Source: Azolla caroliniana
Lineage: Eukaryota; Plantae; Polypodiophyta
Reading direction: 5' to 3'
Length of the DNA stretch: 64,000 nucleotides
NCBI GenBank assembly: GCA_043228905.1
Contig: JBHGNT010000011.1
Location: 1,984,001 to 2,048,000, forward strand
Below, piece after piece: positions 47,800-60,457 of the stretch. Both the position numbers and the translations under genes were made by a program. Below the pieces are notes generated by a model, which was not told where the DNA came from, ran no database searches, and worked only from the letters and a program-made list of their open reading frames with translations. Position 1 is the stretch's first letter. Each line of letters starts with the position of its first letter.

Positions 47800-50149
47800 G
47801 TTCAAATACATTGAAACGGGGAACACCTACAAGTGAATATATGTCTACTACGGAGCGCATTTAATCCATACTATTGCACGCTTGTGAATGCATACTAAGA
47901 AGCACATCTAACTTTTTCAAGAGAATATGTTCTATCCATAACAAGACTTGTAATGAAAGTTATTGTAACAAAGCAATTTATTTATCTGTTTGACATTTCC
48001 ATGGAGGGCATATTATCATTTGAAAAGTGGCATCCCTGCCTTAGGAACGACTTCCATGTTGTTCTACGACCTTGTTGATTCTACCTCAATTAGTGACATC
48101 CATGAACAATGAAGACAATGGTCATTGGGATGTGAATCAATGAATTGTGAGTTGTGACCTTCCTTAGTTGGCATGTGTTGACAAGGAGTCGCGTCAAAAG
48201 ACTAAATTAGTGATATGACATTATGTCAAGAGGTTGAATGATTGCAAATTGGGTGTGAGTCTCTTGTAATGAGATTGATATGTGTTCATTGTAAACAATC
48301 ATCAATAGCTTTCCAAATTCACTTTCCACAACCCATGGTTGAAAATGATAACATGAATTTATAAATTCACTTTCCATAACCCAAGGGTTGAAAATGATAT
48401 CATCTCTAATGTATCTTGCGAGTGAGCCTTATTCACTTTCCACGTTCACTTTCCACCATCCATTGCTTTCATAATTTTACAATGAAAACCTTAGGCATGA
48501 CAACAAAGCCATTCAAGGAACACCCATGTGTGGCATTTATCTCTTTTAGAAATATAATAAATTGACAAAACTTTGTTGCTTGCAACTCGACATTGTCACC
48601 AAACGAGTTTGTGAAATTCAATCCATACAGTGTCATGTGGGGTTCATCTCATCTTTTCGAGAATTGCATTTTGAGAATTGCAACCTAAGTCATTGATTCA
48701 AGTGGACATTAAGACTTTAAAATACAAATCAAGAAATTTTACCATATACCATTCCTAGGACCTAAAGTCTTCCAATAAAAATACAAAAGCTTAACATTCA
48801 TAAAACTTGCAAACTAAGTTGACATATTCGCATCAACAAATCTAAACTAAATTCACTTGCAATCAAGAAACATGAGGATTTAGCCATTCTACGAATTTAC
48901 AGTATTAGGCTAGTGTGACAAGTTGGAAGTTTTAGGAATGTTAAAGTTCATTCGATCATGAAAGCTCATCGATACCTAAAATTAAAAGTAACCCACTCCA
49001 TGCAAGTCTACGATGGCCATGATTAGGCTTGGAAAGGAATTGCACAACCGAAAAGTGTACAATGACTTTCAACCTAGAACCAAGCCCTTATTCATACTTT
49101 CTTCGCCAATACCCAACACCTTTGAGTTCTAATGAGCACAACGAGAATTATGGACCACAACCATTTTGGGTGATCATTTTCTTCCATTCATAATGCACCA
49201 ATAATTACAAATAAAATCACAATTTTCTACCATAAAAACAAACGTTGTCCCTATCTTAAATTAGAATGTGGAAGAAAGAATTCAATCTCATTCTATTCTA
49301 TTCCATATACCTATACTTGAGTAAAGTGCGGGGTCCCCCAAAACTATTTCTTTAACCGTGTGAATCTAGGCTTGATATCATGATAGGACAATTTTAATGT
49401 GAAAACCTCCAACCGTGCAATATTTAGAGGCCAGCGTAGGGGTGTTTACATGTTAACAAACATGAGGTCCAAAAGTACATAAAGTTTAAAATACTGACTT
49501 GGCGATTGAGAATCGACAATGACAACAAACAAATCATTCATCTTGTTTAGATGTTGAGAGCAAAACACTATACAATAAAACTTTCAATTGTGCCCAACAT
49601 TTAAAGGTTGTTGTGAAATGTACATATAAAAACGAAAAGACTTGATATGCTCAATGAGGTCCATGGCTCATCCAACCATTAGAATTTGCCTAGCTAGCCA
49701 TTTTTGTACCCATGTTTTGTAAATGCTAGCATCTATTGGTGCATCCCTTTTACTTCATTAAGATCCACATGTCTCTAGATTGATATATTTTGTTTTTGGC
49801 ACGTTGTACATTAAAATTTGATGTACAAAAAGTGTAGTTATCACAAAGATAGAAATTGGACATATTTTATTGGCATATTGCACATTAAATACACATAAAA
49901 AGTGTACTTATCATTGAGAAAAAAATAACATCAATGTGGATTCATAGGAAACCCATAGAAAAATAGATGTTAAATCAATTTTATAATCTTTTTGAGTGCA
50001 TTATGATTAATCATGAACTAAATACAATGTAGGGATTAATCCAATTCACCTACTACAAAGTAGCCTTGTCCAACTCACTAGCTCATAGGGCCTTGTAATA
50101 AATGTTAAGTAAATGGTTTACGATTTGTTGTATAATTTTTCATACCATG

Positions 50150-50490
50150 TTCATGGAGCATTCTTAACTTACAAGAAGAAGAACGGCATTTGGACAACCA
50201 AATAAAGTGGTATTTTCTAAACATTTCCTTGTTCTATAGCTTAATTGTTAATTTGGTTGAGAAGTTATATTCTAATGGTTTTGTCATGTTGTGAGACTCT
50301 AGCTCAATTATATACAACCTATCATCTACTATTGTTCGGCATATACCATAATGTATTTCTAGCAAATATCGATATCAAGTACCATGAATTTTGCTTAGAG
50401 CTGATTTAGCCTTCACATTGGCCCCTGTGGATCTAGACAACCCTTCATTGTGGAAGTTGATGCTTTTGATTTTGCATGTAGAAACATCTT
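50150..50490 (+). pseudogene. degraded gypsy RT/RNaseH fragment
   Basis: PFIVEVDAFDFA (compare PFIVETDASDFA) and KKKNG motifs. Confidence 0.45.
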
Positions 50491-50796
50491 GTTGGTATAG
50501 TTATGCATGATAATCAAATGGTGAACAACATCTAGGATAACAAAATGGTGACCATGCATTGATAGTAGATGGTCGTTATGTGTAGGCCCATGGATACTAT
50601 TTATAGAGAATTAAGCTTTTTAAACCATTCAGGTCTAACACTAGCCTATGATCACTCTTGTACTTATTGTTTAGAATACAATTATATATTTTTCTTGTTT
50701 CAATATTTCTTGTCTTTAATACTTAACAAAAGCATACAAGTACCCTAACCTCTTGATTTATAATTTTTCTCCCAAATGTGGTTGTTTAGTTCAAAG

Positions 50797-51287
50797 TAGC
50801 AATGGCACGGTTAGGTTTCGGTTTCAAGGCAAATAAACTGAACCGAACTGAAACCAAATTGTTTATATAAAACAAAAACCAAACCAAACCGTTTATGAAC
50901 TCTCAAGTATTTAAACCAAACCATTTTTACCCAAACCGTTTAGGGAAAAGTTGAAAACCAAATCGAACCATTTAATAAAAAATTTAAACCTAATAATTTA
51001 AGTCAAACTAATTTTACATCTAAATAAATAACAATACATTAAATTAAATACGCATTTAAGTTAAATCTATAAAATCAATAAAAAACCATTAAATCAATAA
51101 ATTATTAAGGTAAAAAAAATAGTTAACCAAAAACCTATAAACCTTTAAACCAAACTTACAAACCTAAAAAGCCGAATTGAACCGAAACCGGACCGTTTAT
51201 AAAAAATCCAAACCAAACCAAAATTAATTTTTTTTGGAACCAATAAACCGTTAAGTTCTATTTGAGCCGAAACCGTGCCCATTGCTA
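50797..51287. mobile_element. hAT-superfamily MITE (491 bp)
   Basis: TIRs TAGCAATGGCACGGTT / AACCGTGCCCATTGCTA; 8-bp TSD GTTCAAAG/GTACAAAG; many AAACC(G) subterminal repeats. Confidence 0.88.
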
Positions 51288-52466
51288 GTACAAAGCAAGG
51301 GAAGGAGTAGATGATGGGCTTCTAAATACTGATCTACACAATAGGTAATGTAGTTGATGGGTTTGTAGGCAATGGTGTGTCGAGCCTCAACCTAATTAGT
51401 TGGGCCTACGCTGACGCTAAGTCTAGGCTTCATACTTATCTACCATTTCCTCCCTCCCTCACCCCTTGTTTCCAATTACTTGTCATGCTCTTAAAATACC
51501 TCCACTAAACGTATACGGTATAAATATTAAAGTTGCCCTCATTAAATAAACATATATCCTAAAAAACTACTCTGCCCTCCTTCCCCATTCTCCATACGAA
51601 TAAAGTTTAAACACACAACACATGTACACACACATTCATAATACATATAGAACACAAACACACATCTATTCGTGCAACACTTATATATACATATACTGTT
51701 ATACACATATTTTGACACACATATTCAGCCAAATACGAGAACATACATATACACACAAGAGTGAACATATGATAAACATGCAAAACCCCTATGCACATTT
51801 ACATGCACATGTACCGTTGCACATCAAACACATGTATCACTACAAGAAGGCATGGATTTGTGTTTTTGTGAATAATAAAGGGGTTTGTTTTATTATTCAC
51901 AAAAACACAATTCCACGCCTTCTTGGGGACACTCACTCTATCACTTGCATTTTTCCCTACAAGCATTGACTAAAATAGGAAACCTAAAATTTGCGCCCAC
52001 ATCTACACTCACTCACTCACTCTTTTGCCCAATTCTAAGTGTCCATACACCTATTGACAAAGTGAATTAAGTGTGTGTTCGCTTTTGTACCTTGCAAATG
52101 GTCGACTTCAACGAACCCTAAAGGCAACATTCTCAAACCCATCTTCGTCGGTTCAAGACTATAGTGGTTCTACTTGCATCTTTCACACTCTTGTCACAAA
52201 TTCTTGCAACGCCGCCTTTCAAACCATTTCGTCACATATGGCATTCATTTGGAACTCAAAATTTCTTTTATGTATCATTTGAACTTTTTTACTTGCATCC
52301 CTTGCAATTCTAGTTAATTGGAGGGAGTTTATTTTTGGAAACACCAAGTAAGGCTATAGATGAAATACGTACATACATGTATCTACCCATGTTTTAAAAC
52401 CAAGGTTGAGTTCTTGCGATCAACTTAAATAAATATTTCGGTGTACAGTAAAACCACTCCACCTTG

Positions 52467-53000
52467 TCAAAAAACTGCCTCTAAAATATACCTTTGACCC
52501 ATATTACATGAAACTCCAAATGGTGCAATTATGCTCATTGAGGTCACCCTTTTTGGTATCCAAAGAACTTCATAGATTATGCCATATCTTTGTTCAAATC
52601 CTAGTAATTGTCTGCACAAGCCTTTCTTCATGTTTTGGACTACCTTCAATCAACAAAATTTGAACACATTTTGAAATACCAAAACAAAAGGCTACTTACC
52701 AATTGCCATATTTCAATTTTACCAGTCACTATTGTGGATTCAAGGGTATATTTGTTTTTTGCATCAAACCATGTCTCAAAGAAATAACATCTACAATATC
52801 CTCCTACTCATATAACATAGTTTTCCCTTGTACAACCTCTTATAACATTGCTCCGCATGTATACACGCTTTGTGCACATATTGGTATTTATATTTTTAAG
52901 ATTCTTTTCCACATTTCCATTGCAAATTCACAGCTCCACAAACAATGTTAAGCAATCTCTTTGGACGCATACAAAAATGACATATTGTCTGCATTTGCCT
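52467..53000 (-). pseudogene. L1-like LINE ORF2 C-terminal (zf-RVT) relic
   Basis: HCLWSCEFAMEMW motif near 52905-52950. Confidence 0.45.
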
Positions 53001-54909
53001 CTTTTCTCCACTAATTAATTGGCATAGTTTAATGAATCAACAACCATCTAAAAGAAAGGTTTTTTCTACTCATTTTATATTACACAAACTATTTCCAAAA
53101 TTGCTTGAATTGTGTAGGGAGATTTTGTTACTTTTCTAGGAAACATTTGCAACCATGTATTCAACAACCCTTTCCATGCCCATGATCTCAATGGGAATGT
53201 TCCAATTTCTAGAAGTAGGAGCATGTAAGGTGTTTGTATATATGCTTGGAAAAAACTTCAAAACAATTAGCTTTTTTTAATCTTTTTCCAAGTGGACCTA
53301 CGCATGCTACTATCCTAAGTCTTAACATAGAGTGTGTAGGGCTACTTTAACCACATAGAAAAGCACATGTGCAAAGAGGTAATTTTTAAGGATCCCAACA
53401 TTTCATGTCTCTTCAATGTCATATATTTTTAAATGCATATTAAGACACATTTCCTACTTCCAAGTGGTAACACATTGTTGGAGGGACCTTTAAGCCCAAT
53501 GTATTTTGAGTTTGCTATTGTTTCAAGCAGTCGATTATCGTATGCAATGCACCAACATGGTTTATCTTGATTTTGAGTTTCCATGAAGATTTTTTTTTGT
53601 TTTGGAGTTATTGAAACTCAAATTATTGGGCAAATTTATATTGTTTTATGGAAAAGGTATTATACTCTTAGGACATAAGCTAAAGTAGCCTTGTTGAAAA
53701 ACTTTTTTTAGCTCTAGTTCCATCTTGATTTGAACCATTCAATAGTGAAAGGGAATGTTAACAAATATCGAAGCCAAAAGTACATACCCTTTAAGTGTTG
53801 AAATGTTGGCAAAGTAGTAAGCTTATGTTGACAATATATTAGTTAGAAGTTAGAACATAATACAACTCAATTTAGCCTCAATAATACCCAAGATATTGAG
53901 ATCCCTCATATAGACAAATGTCACATTCAAAATTAGTAACAAAAAATCCACAAGAAAAAAACATTTTGGTTGTTTGAAAGTCTTATAAACTTGATTTTAG
54001 AGAGGCTATGAAATGTTTCTATGGTATACTTCTTTGTGGGAAAGCACTTGGTAAAACTTATGCACATTGTTATATGTGGGGGGTAAAAGAAAATGTATCA
54101 TGTCGATTTCACTAGGGAGCTAGCCCCATCCAACTATCTTTATCTCAATCTCAATCTCAATCTACTATTTTGACCCCATTGAAGAAGACGAGGAAGAAGA
54201 AAAAGACGAGGAAGAGGAAGAAGAAGAAGAAGATAACAATGACCTTCATGAATCATAAGGCTGCCATAGAGGTAAGTCATTGTCTTGTCTCAAGACACTA
54301 TAATAACTATGCATATTAATTCCATATCTTTTACGAGTACTCATATATACACGATCATCATTACAATATGCCATAATACCAACAATACTCTTAAAGTTAA
54401 CTTCAATGAACTTTAAACACATGCATACAAAACGTTACCCACTCATTCCACTTGAATACATATCATGAAAGCTCGTAAAGACATAAAGGTCCTCAAAAAG
54501 CTTAATGTTCTGAAGAACGTGCTTAATCATGATACATTAATGAAGTTATCATGCAATTTATTGACTGAAAATAGCACAAAAACCAACATTTTTGTCAAAA
54601 GTTCACACCACTGCACATGTTATTGAACACAAAAAATATAAATTTAATCAAGCATAATTCCAAACAAATCAAAGGAACATATTGATATCAACTTGCATTT
54701 TCTATGTGAAAAATGATGTAAACATAAACAATGACTAAATATGTCTTCCTTTTATTCAAAGAGATTCAAAGGAAATTTTTGGTCAAGTAGGCACACCTTT
54801 CTGCGATAGCTTGTTCTTTTGTCATTTTCTCCAATGAGAAAGAATGAACATCTTGCACCCTCTCTAAAGTCCCCCCCCCCCCCCCCCCCCAAAAAAAAAA
54901 AAAAAAACT

Positions 54910-56385
54910 CCTTCCATTAGTGATAAAATTTTACCGATAAGAGGGTTATATACAAATCCCTGTAGGGACGCGATAGTTCCATCTTATGTGGATGCCCACT
55001 GACTCAAGAAAGGGAGAGGACGAGCATTGTTGGATGAAGGCTAGTCGTCGTCTTTCAACTCCATCAGATCCGCCCTTGAGGCCATTGTATTGGATCTTTA
55101 GAGTGGCTACAACTTCACTCCATATCTCTTGCATTACATTACTGGATGCGCGGGTTGGTTGGAGAAGACCCGTTTACACTATCGTTTCCATACAATCCAA
55201 AGAGTAATTGGGCTGAGCAATTCCAACACAACATGAAATTTGGCATTAATAGGAGTTGAGTGGATATTGTTGATGATGGAAAAAAAAACCTCTTGTGCTT
55301 TTATCACCAAAGTCATCCCCTCCTCCTGATGTTCGTACCATTCAATTGGGGCTTGCCAAGATAACCAACATACATTTCCCCACTTGATTGTGCCTTGCAC
55401 TTGGCATAATTGCAATAGGCGGCCAATCCCCCGCCATATTCGAAGGGTCTTTGGGTAGTCCCACAGAGCATGTTGGATTGATTTTGTTGCATTTGGGCTA
55501 CACAATTAGGAGAGCTAAGGTTCCCACACTGCCACGCTCCAACCGGTAATGACTTATGTATCAATAGTCATTGGAACGTGGTAATTCGCCTAGTGTGTTG
55601 TTGTTTCCAGATTTTCTACCAAAACATAGTGATAATTGTATGAGGAACATGATATGTGTGTCATACCTTTGCAACAACCAGCTCTCGGGCAGTTTGAGCA
55701 GCTAGAATGTGGTGACCCAATCTAGTCGTGAATTAGAAGAAAGTGATGGCTTTGCTTCCTTGATCCACATAAGGATCGTGCCACGTCCATTGCAAAGGGT
55801 TCCAATTGACCTTACATAGCCATGTGTTTTCATGAGTACATATGTGCCATTCTTATTGTACTTTAATCGGATCAAGATCTACAATCCATTTATGACTAGT
55901 ATATGCGAGTACTTGAATTGCCATATTCAATGTTGGTGTCTCATTGTCTCACAATTCATGGTCTTCCATCCTGTTCGGTGTTTCTCTACCTCTTGGGATC
56001 AAAGAGCCCTCCTCCTCGTAGCCTATCCACATCTCCATTGTCGTCTTTTGATTAGTTCCCTAAGCAATAGAGTGTTAATAATTTCAAATCTCATAGTCCA
56101 TCCACCCCTAATTCCATGGAGTATGTTGGCTTGATTTTGTATTGGAAATGGCATAAACCGTCTCCAACATTCTATACTCTTTCTTGGACCTTCTGCAATG
56201 CATCCCCACGACATCTCCTTAATTGATCCAATAAGTTGACCAAATTCATCTTTGATACATGGGTTCCATAGGATGTGTTGACTAAACCAAGCAAGTTTGG
56301 AATTAGGTTGACCGCATTTGAGCCCTCGTCTTATGTCACACCACACCTTCCACATGGATGCATTGAATCTATCCTCCAATTGGTG
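54910..56385 (-). mobile_element. 5'-truncated L1-clade LINE, ORF2 C-terminal region
   Basis: Trp-rich fragments; LLIHKSLPVGAW, C..NATKSIQHALWDYPK..IW (zf-RVT), LWIVWKR. Confidence 0.75.
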
Positions 56386-56535
56386 TGAGAAATCTCTTTA
56401 AAGGTTTTTTAAAATTGTTTGTATATATACACACATATATTATTATTTCTTGTTTTAAAAATAATTTTAGGTATTCTTATTGTCATTATTGATAACAAAA
56501 TGCTCTCTTAGTATGAATGCTCTATAGATCACTCA

Positions 56536-56820
56536 TCAAATGATGCGGGTGATCTTGTAGTTCTCATTCTTTGAATGTGCGTTATCCAATGCTATGTCTC
56601 TCATATCAAGCATGTAATCCATCAACTTGTGCATTAGATATAGTAACACCGAGACATTTGAAATAGGTAATATGTCGTATTCCTTTTTTATATTTACAAT
56701 GTCAAGAACCACCTTGTTTAGGCGAAATTTCAAGAACATATCACGCATGCGTACACGATTTTTAAAGACACCACTCAAATATGCAGGTAATATTTTAAAG
56801 ACTGCAAAATTAACCTTCAT
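56536..56820 (-). other. unassigned 94-aa ORF downstream of the ParB-MTase pseudogene
   Basis: ATG-initiated, ordinary globular composition in AT-rich DNA; no recognisable motif. Confidence 0.25.
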
Positions 56821-57686
56821 TTATTCAATCTATGATAAATTTATCCAATTCTCATATAAGATGACGAGAATCCATGCAATTATAATTGTATTATGCTTCA
56901 TTGTACATAATGTTAAATTCAAATCCAACTTAACAAATTTTGAAATGCAATTATGTGTGTATATTTGTATCTAAGACTTATGAAGAGGAATATGTCAAGT
57001 TTGTAAATAGGGTTTAAGGTTATAACCGGAGTTCGTAAAAGCAAATCTCACGCGATACCACGCATGCAAAAAAACCATTGTGCAAATTATATGTCAATCA
57101 TGTGAGCAAACGTGAACGCATAATTATAAGAACAACTGTCTTGGCTTAGTATCATTATGATTACCCAAAACTAGTTTACTAAGAATTATGACAACATAAA
57201 CCATATTATTAGGATACCAAATATACTTAAACAATAAGTTCAATGAATCATATGTAATGTCTAATTTACACATTAACAAGAGTCACCCATTTAGGTTGAA
57301 AATAACCGATATACAATAATATCCAATCATTGTCAAACAAATGATAGAGTAAAAAGCAAATGTTTAATGAAAGTTATACTTAACCATATACTCTACTAGT
57401 CAAAACACATTTAAGACACATTGAAAAGAGACACCAAAAGGATAGAGTAAAGACAAAATGTTACTAGGAGATTATACTCAAACCAAAAGTTGTTATGATT
57501 CAAAATAATGTTCAATTCATACACAAAGCACTATATGTATATATATGTTTCATTCCATTAGTAAATTTGGAGCTGGCTGCTCTTCATGATCAGCTGACTG
57601 TTGTGTGACGTGTCATATCAACATTTGCCTCTTATGTTTGCTCAGCTAAATCAAGCATTTGATCGGATTGTAGTACATCCTCAACA

Positions 57687-60457
57687 TCAACAAGCGTCTA
57701 TAGGTTCCATTGGTTCTTTGGAGGTCAATTGGAACATCCCAGTTTCATTAATATGCTTTGCCCCAACCTCTTGGTCTTGGCCGGGACAATCCCAAATACC
57801 TTGGATCCTCATTTTAATAAAGTTAACTTGTGAAGGGTCCTTCTCCAAGGAGACACAGTTCCTAAACATCTTTAAAGACATGCAATCGTAGTTACTGAAA
57901 AAACAATCATAATTGCATAAGTGCGTAAACATATTTGGGAAAATCAATTTTATTTTAAGATAAATTGATCATGCTTGTAAGAATACATGTTCCAGAAAAT
58001 AAGTTCACAACCCAATCATCGAGGTTAGAAAATAACTCAATCAATTGATTGATTAATCACTGTGGTTTTTGGTAGGGGTTCACTAGACTTTTATCGCCAG
58101 AAACATGGCGCAACTTCTTCGTCACAGCTGGGCACATGATATAATTTATGACATTTCGCTCATTCACATGTACCCAACTTTTCTTCTTAGAAATCGCATC
58201 ATAGTACCCCACGCACAAATGTTCCACAACGCTCACCATTTGATCGCCCTGGGTATGAGTTATTTAACCTTATTTGTATAATGGAATGGAAATAAGTAAA
58301 TATCATCAAATTTTCTATATAGTAAGTGCATTTGAAATCACATATTAATATATAGCAACTTGAAGCTTACAAATGCATGACATCTCGACTTTAACGCAGT
58401 AGTGACCGATAAAGACTGACCCATACTATGGAATATTACGATTTACCACAAAGGAGCCAAGGTCAGCTTTGCAAAGTCCTTCACCATCTTTTTTATTTGC
58501 GGATACTTATACGACACATCTTCATATGTGGATCCGGTTATTCGAAATCCATATGATATATCCGCGATGAGCAACGTATAATGCCTCTTGGGTAATATGT
58601 CAAGCATATTACCCACATCCCCATTATATACGTTATAGTACAGTTGGCGGAAAGGATCACCCTTGTGTAAAAAACTCCTCATTGTATCCGAGTCTTCAGG
58701 CACCTCCAACTCCTTTCCTTTTGTCATTCGCTTTTAATATTTCGCTCATTCCAAATGGGTGATGAATGCTCTTGGTATGCCTTCATTACTATCACCCAAT
58801 TTCTTCGAGCGAGGTGGTTTATGCAATTATCAGTTTTGTAAGAAAATACCCATTATCCTAAAATCAATTAATATTGTAAACACACATACTCATTCTCTAA
58901 ATACTATAAATATTTCTTCAAGAGCCTTGTATGATGATGTTTTTGGGCACGATTGCTCCACTTCTTCCCACGTTGACAGGGACAATTTTTTCATAATCAA
59001 CACTTGTATGTTCATGTAAACCTTATGACTAAAAAACATTACACATAAAGGTCAGAATCAAGAGTAAATTAAGAAAGCAATCCAAACACAAACAATAATA
59101 CAAAAAGACAACTCAGTTTTGGAATTCAGTAACCATTTCGTCCAAGCTGAATTCCTTGGCGGCCACTCGTGAAAGTACAAATATTAATAATCTATCATCT
59201 TTTATTCCTTGCAATGATCACCAAGGAAGCAACTTCATATCCTCGACTAATTCTTCTATCACTAAGTCACTTATATGTGACTTAAACTTCATCGCCACTT
59301 GAGGGTCCAACTTAGCCTTCTTTGAACATTGACCCTTGACCTCTTTCCGCTCCCACATACTAAAAATCTTATCTTGAAGGTCCAAAACCTCCCCAGTTCC
59401 GAAAGCGAGTTGAAACCATGAGTCATACTTTCTTAGGCCTTCAGATTTTGTGCTTTTGTCAATTGTTATCCCCACTTCTAGTAGAGATTACGTCGCAATC
59501 CAGGATGCAGCATAGGACCATATCTCTACAAAGCATCAAGGTAATCACGATGAAAGAACCTGATGCGCTCTACACACGACATCTTTTGTCTATAACCATT
59601 GTCATTATTGTGGTCCCAAGCTAGCAACTTGGCTTCTTCATGTGTAAGACCAACATACACTTTACATTCTGCATATTTGAAGAAGGGGGTAAGAGGATAT
59701 TCCTTGACAAGTTGACGACGGGCTTCAACGGAGTGGGACCCTCCAATGACATAGTATGTATAATCATCTGCCAAACTGTATTTAAAGTCTGCTACAGTTA
59801 GGCATTGATCTGGGTCTACAATTACTAGGAATGACACAACCGTAGCATGTGGATTGATCTTCATTTTTCTTTTCAAATTCTGCACATGCACTGCATGGGG
59901 CTCTCTTATCTCTAAAGCCCGTATTCCTATAACTGGATCGACTGGCGGCCTTTGAATCGAACAAATCGGTAAATGAAATAATTGTCCTAACTGTGTATCT
60001 TCCTCCTCATCTTCAACAAACTCTAGAACTTCGAATTCGTCTTCCTGAGGTTGCTTTCGTTTCTTGTGTTTTTTATGTTCTGATTTGGCTTTTTGGACAG
60101 TCTTCAGAGGTGTCCCAACTTGGCGACCATGAGTTCTCCTTTCATGTAAGGGCGTAGAGCAACAATTAAGTTGGTTTTTGTTTGTACATCTTTTTTGAGG
60201 GCTTTAGGGTGGCACGACTTCGTCACAAAATAGCCCTCATCAACTCGGATCCCTCACATTCCCCCCGAGCTCTCAACATCAAGCAATAGGTTAGGTGAAT
60301 CACTATCTTTGTATTCGACATTTCTTATTTGGCCGTAAGTGAAGGTCTTCCCCACTTGTAGCTTGCCTTGGCCTTTAGATTTTGCAAATACGAGGAGCAA
60401 GTCACCATCTTCCTCGGCATAAATCAATGTCCATTCTAAGTGGAGGTAGTTCTTGAG
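57687..60457 (-). pseudogene. ParB/Srx-domain plus beta-class N6-adenine/N4-cytosine DNA methyltransferase fusion, probably intron-containing, decayed
   Basis: KKHKKRK patch ~60055-60075; ParB-like YYVIGGSHSVEARRQL...LTHEEAKLLAWDHN (59526-59985); LLIADISYG motif IV (DISY 58551-58562); VEHLCVG; NPYQKPQ*LINQLIELFSNLDDWVVNLFSGT (motifs X and I, 57988-58080); TTIAC..KMFRNCVSLEKDPSQVNFIKMRIQ (57800-57893). Confidence 0.85.

Noticed and set aside
51607-51969. His/Thr/Tyr-rich ORFs
   Set aside because: Translation of CA/TA low-complexity sequence
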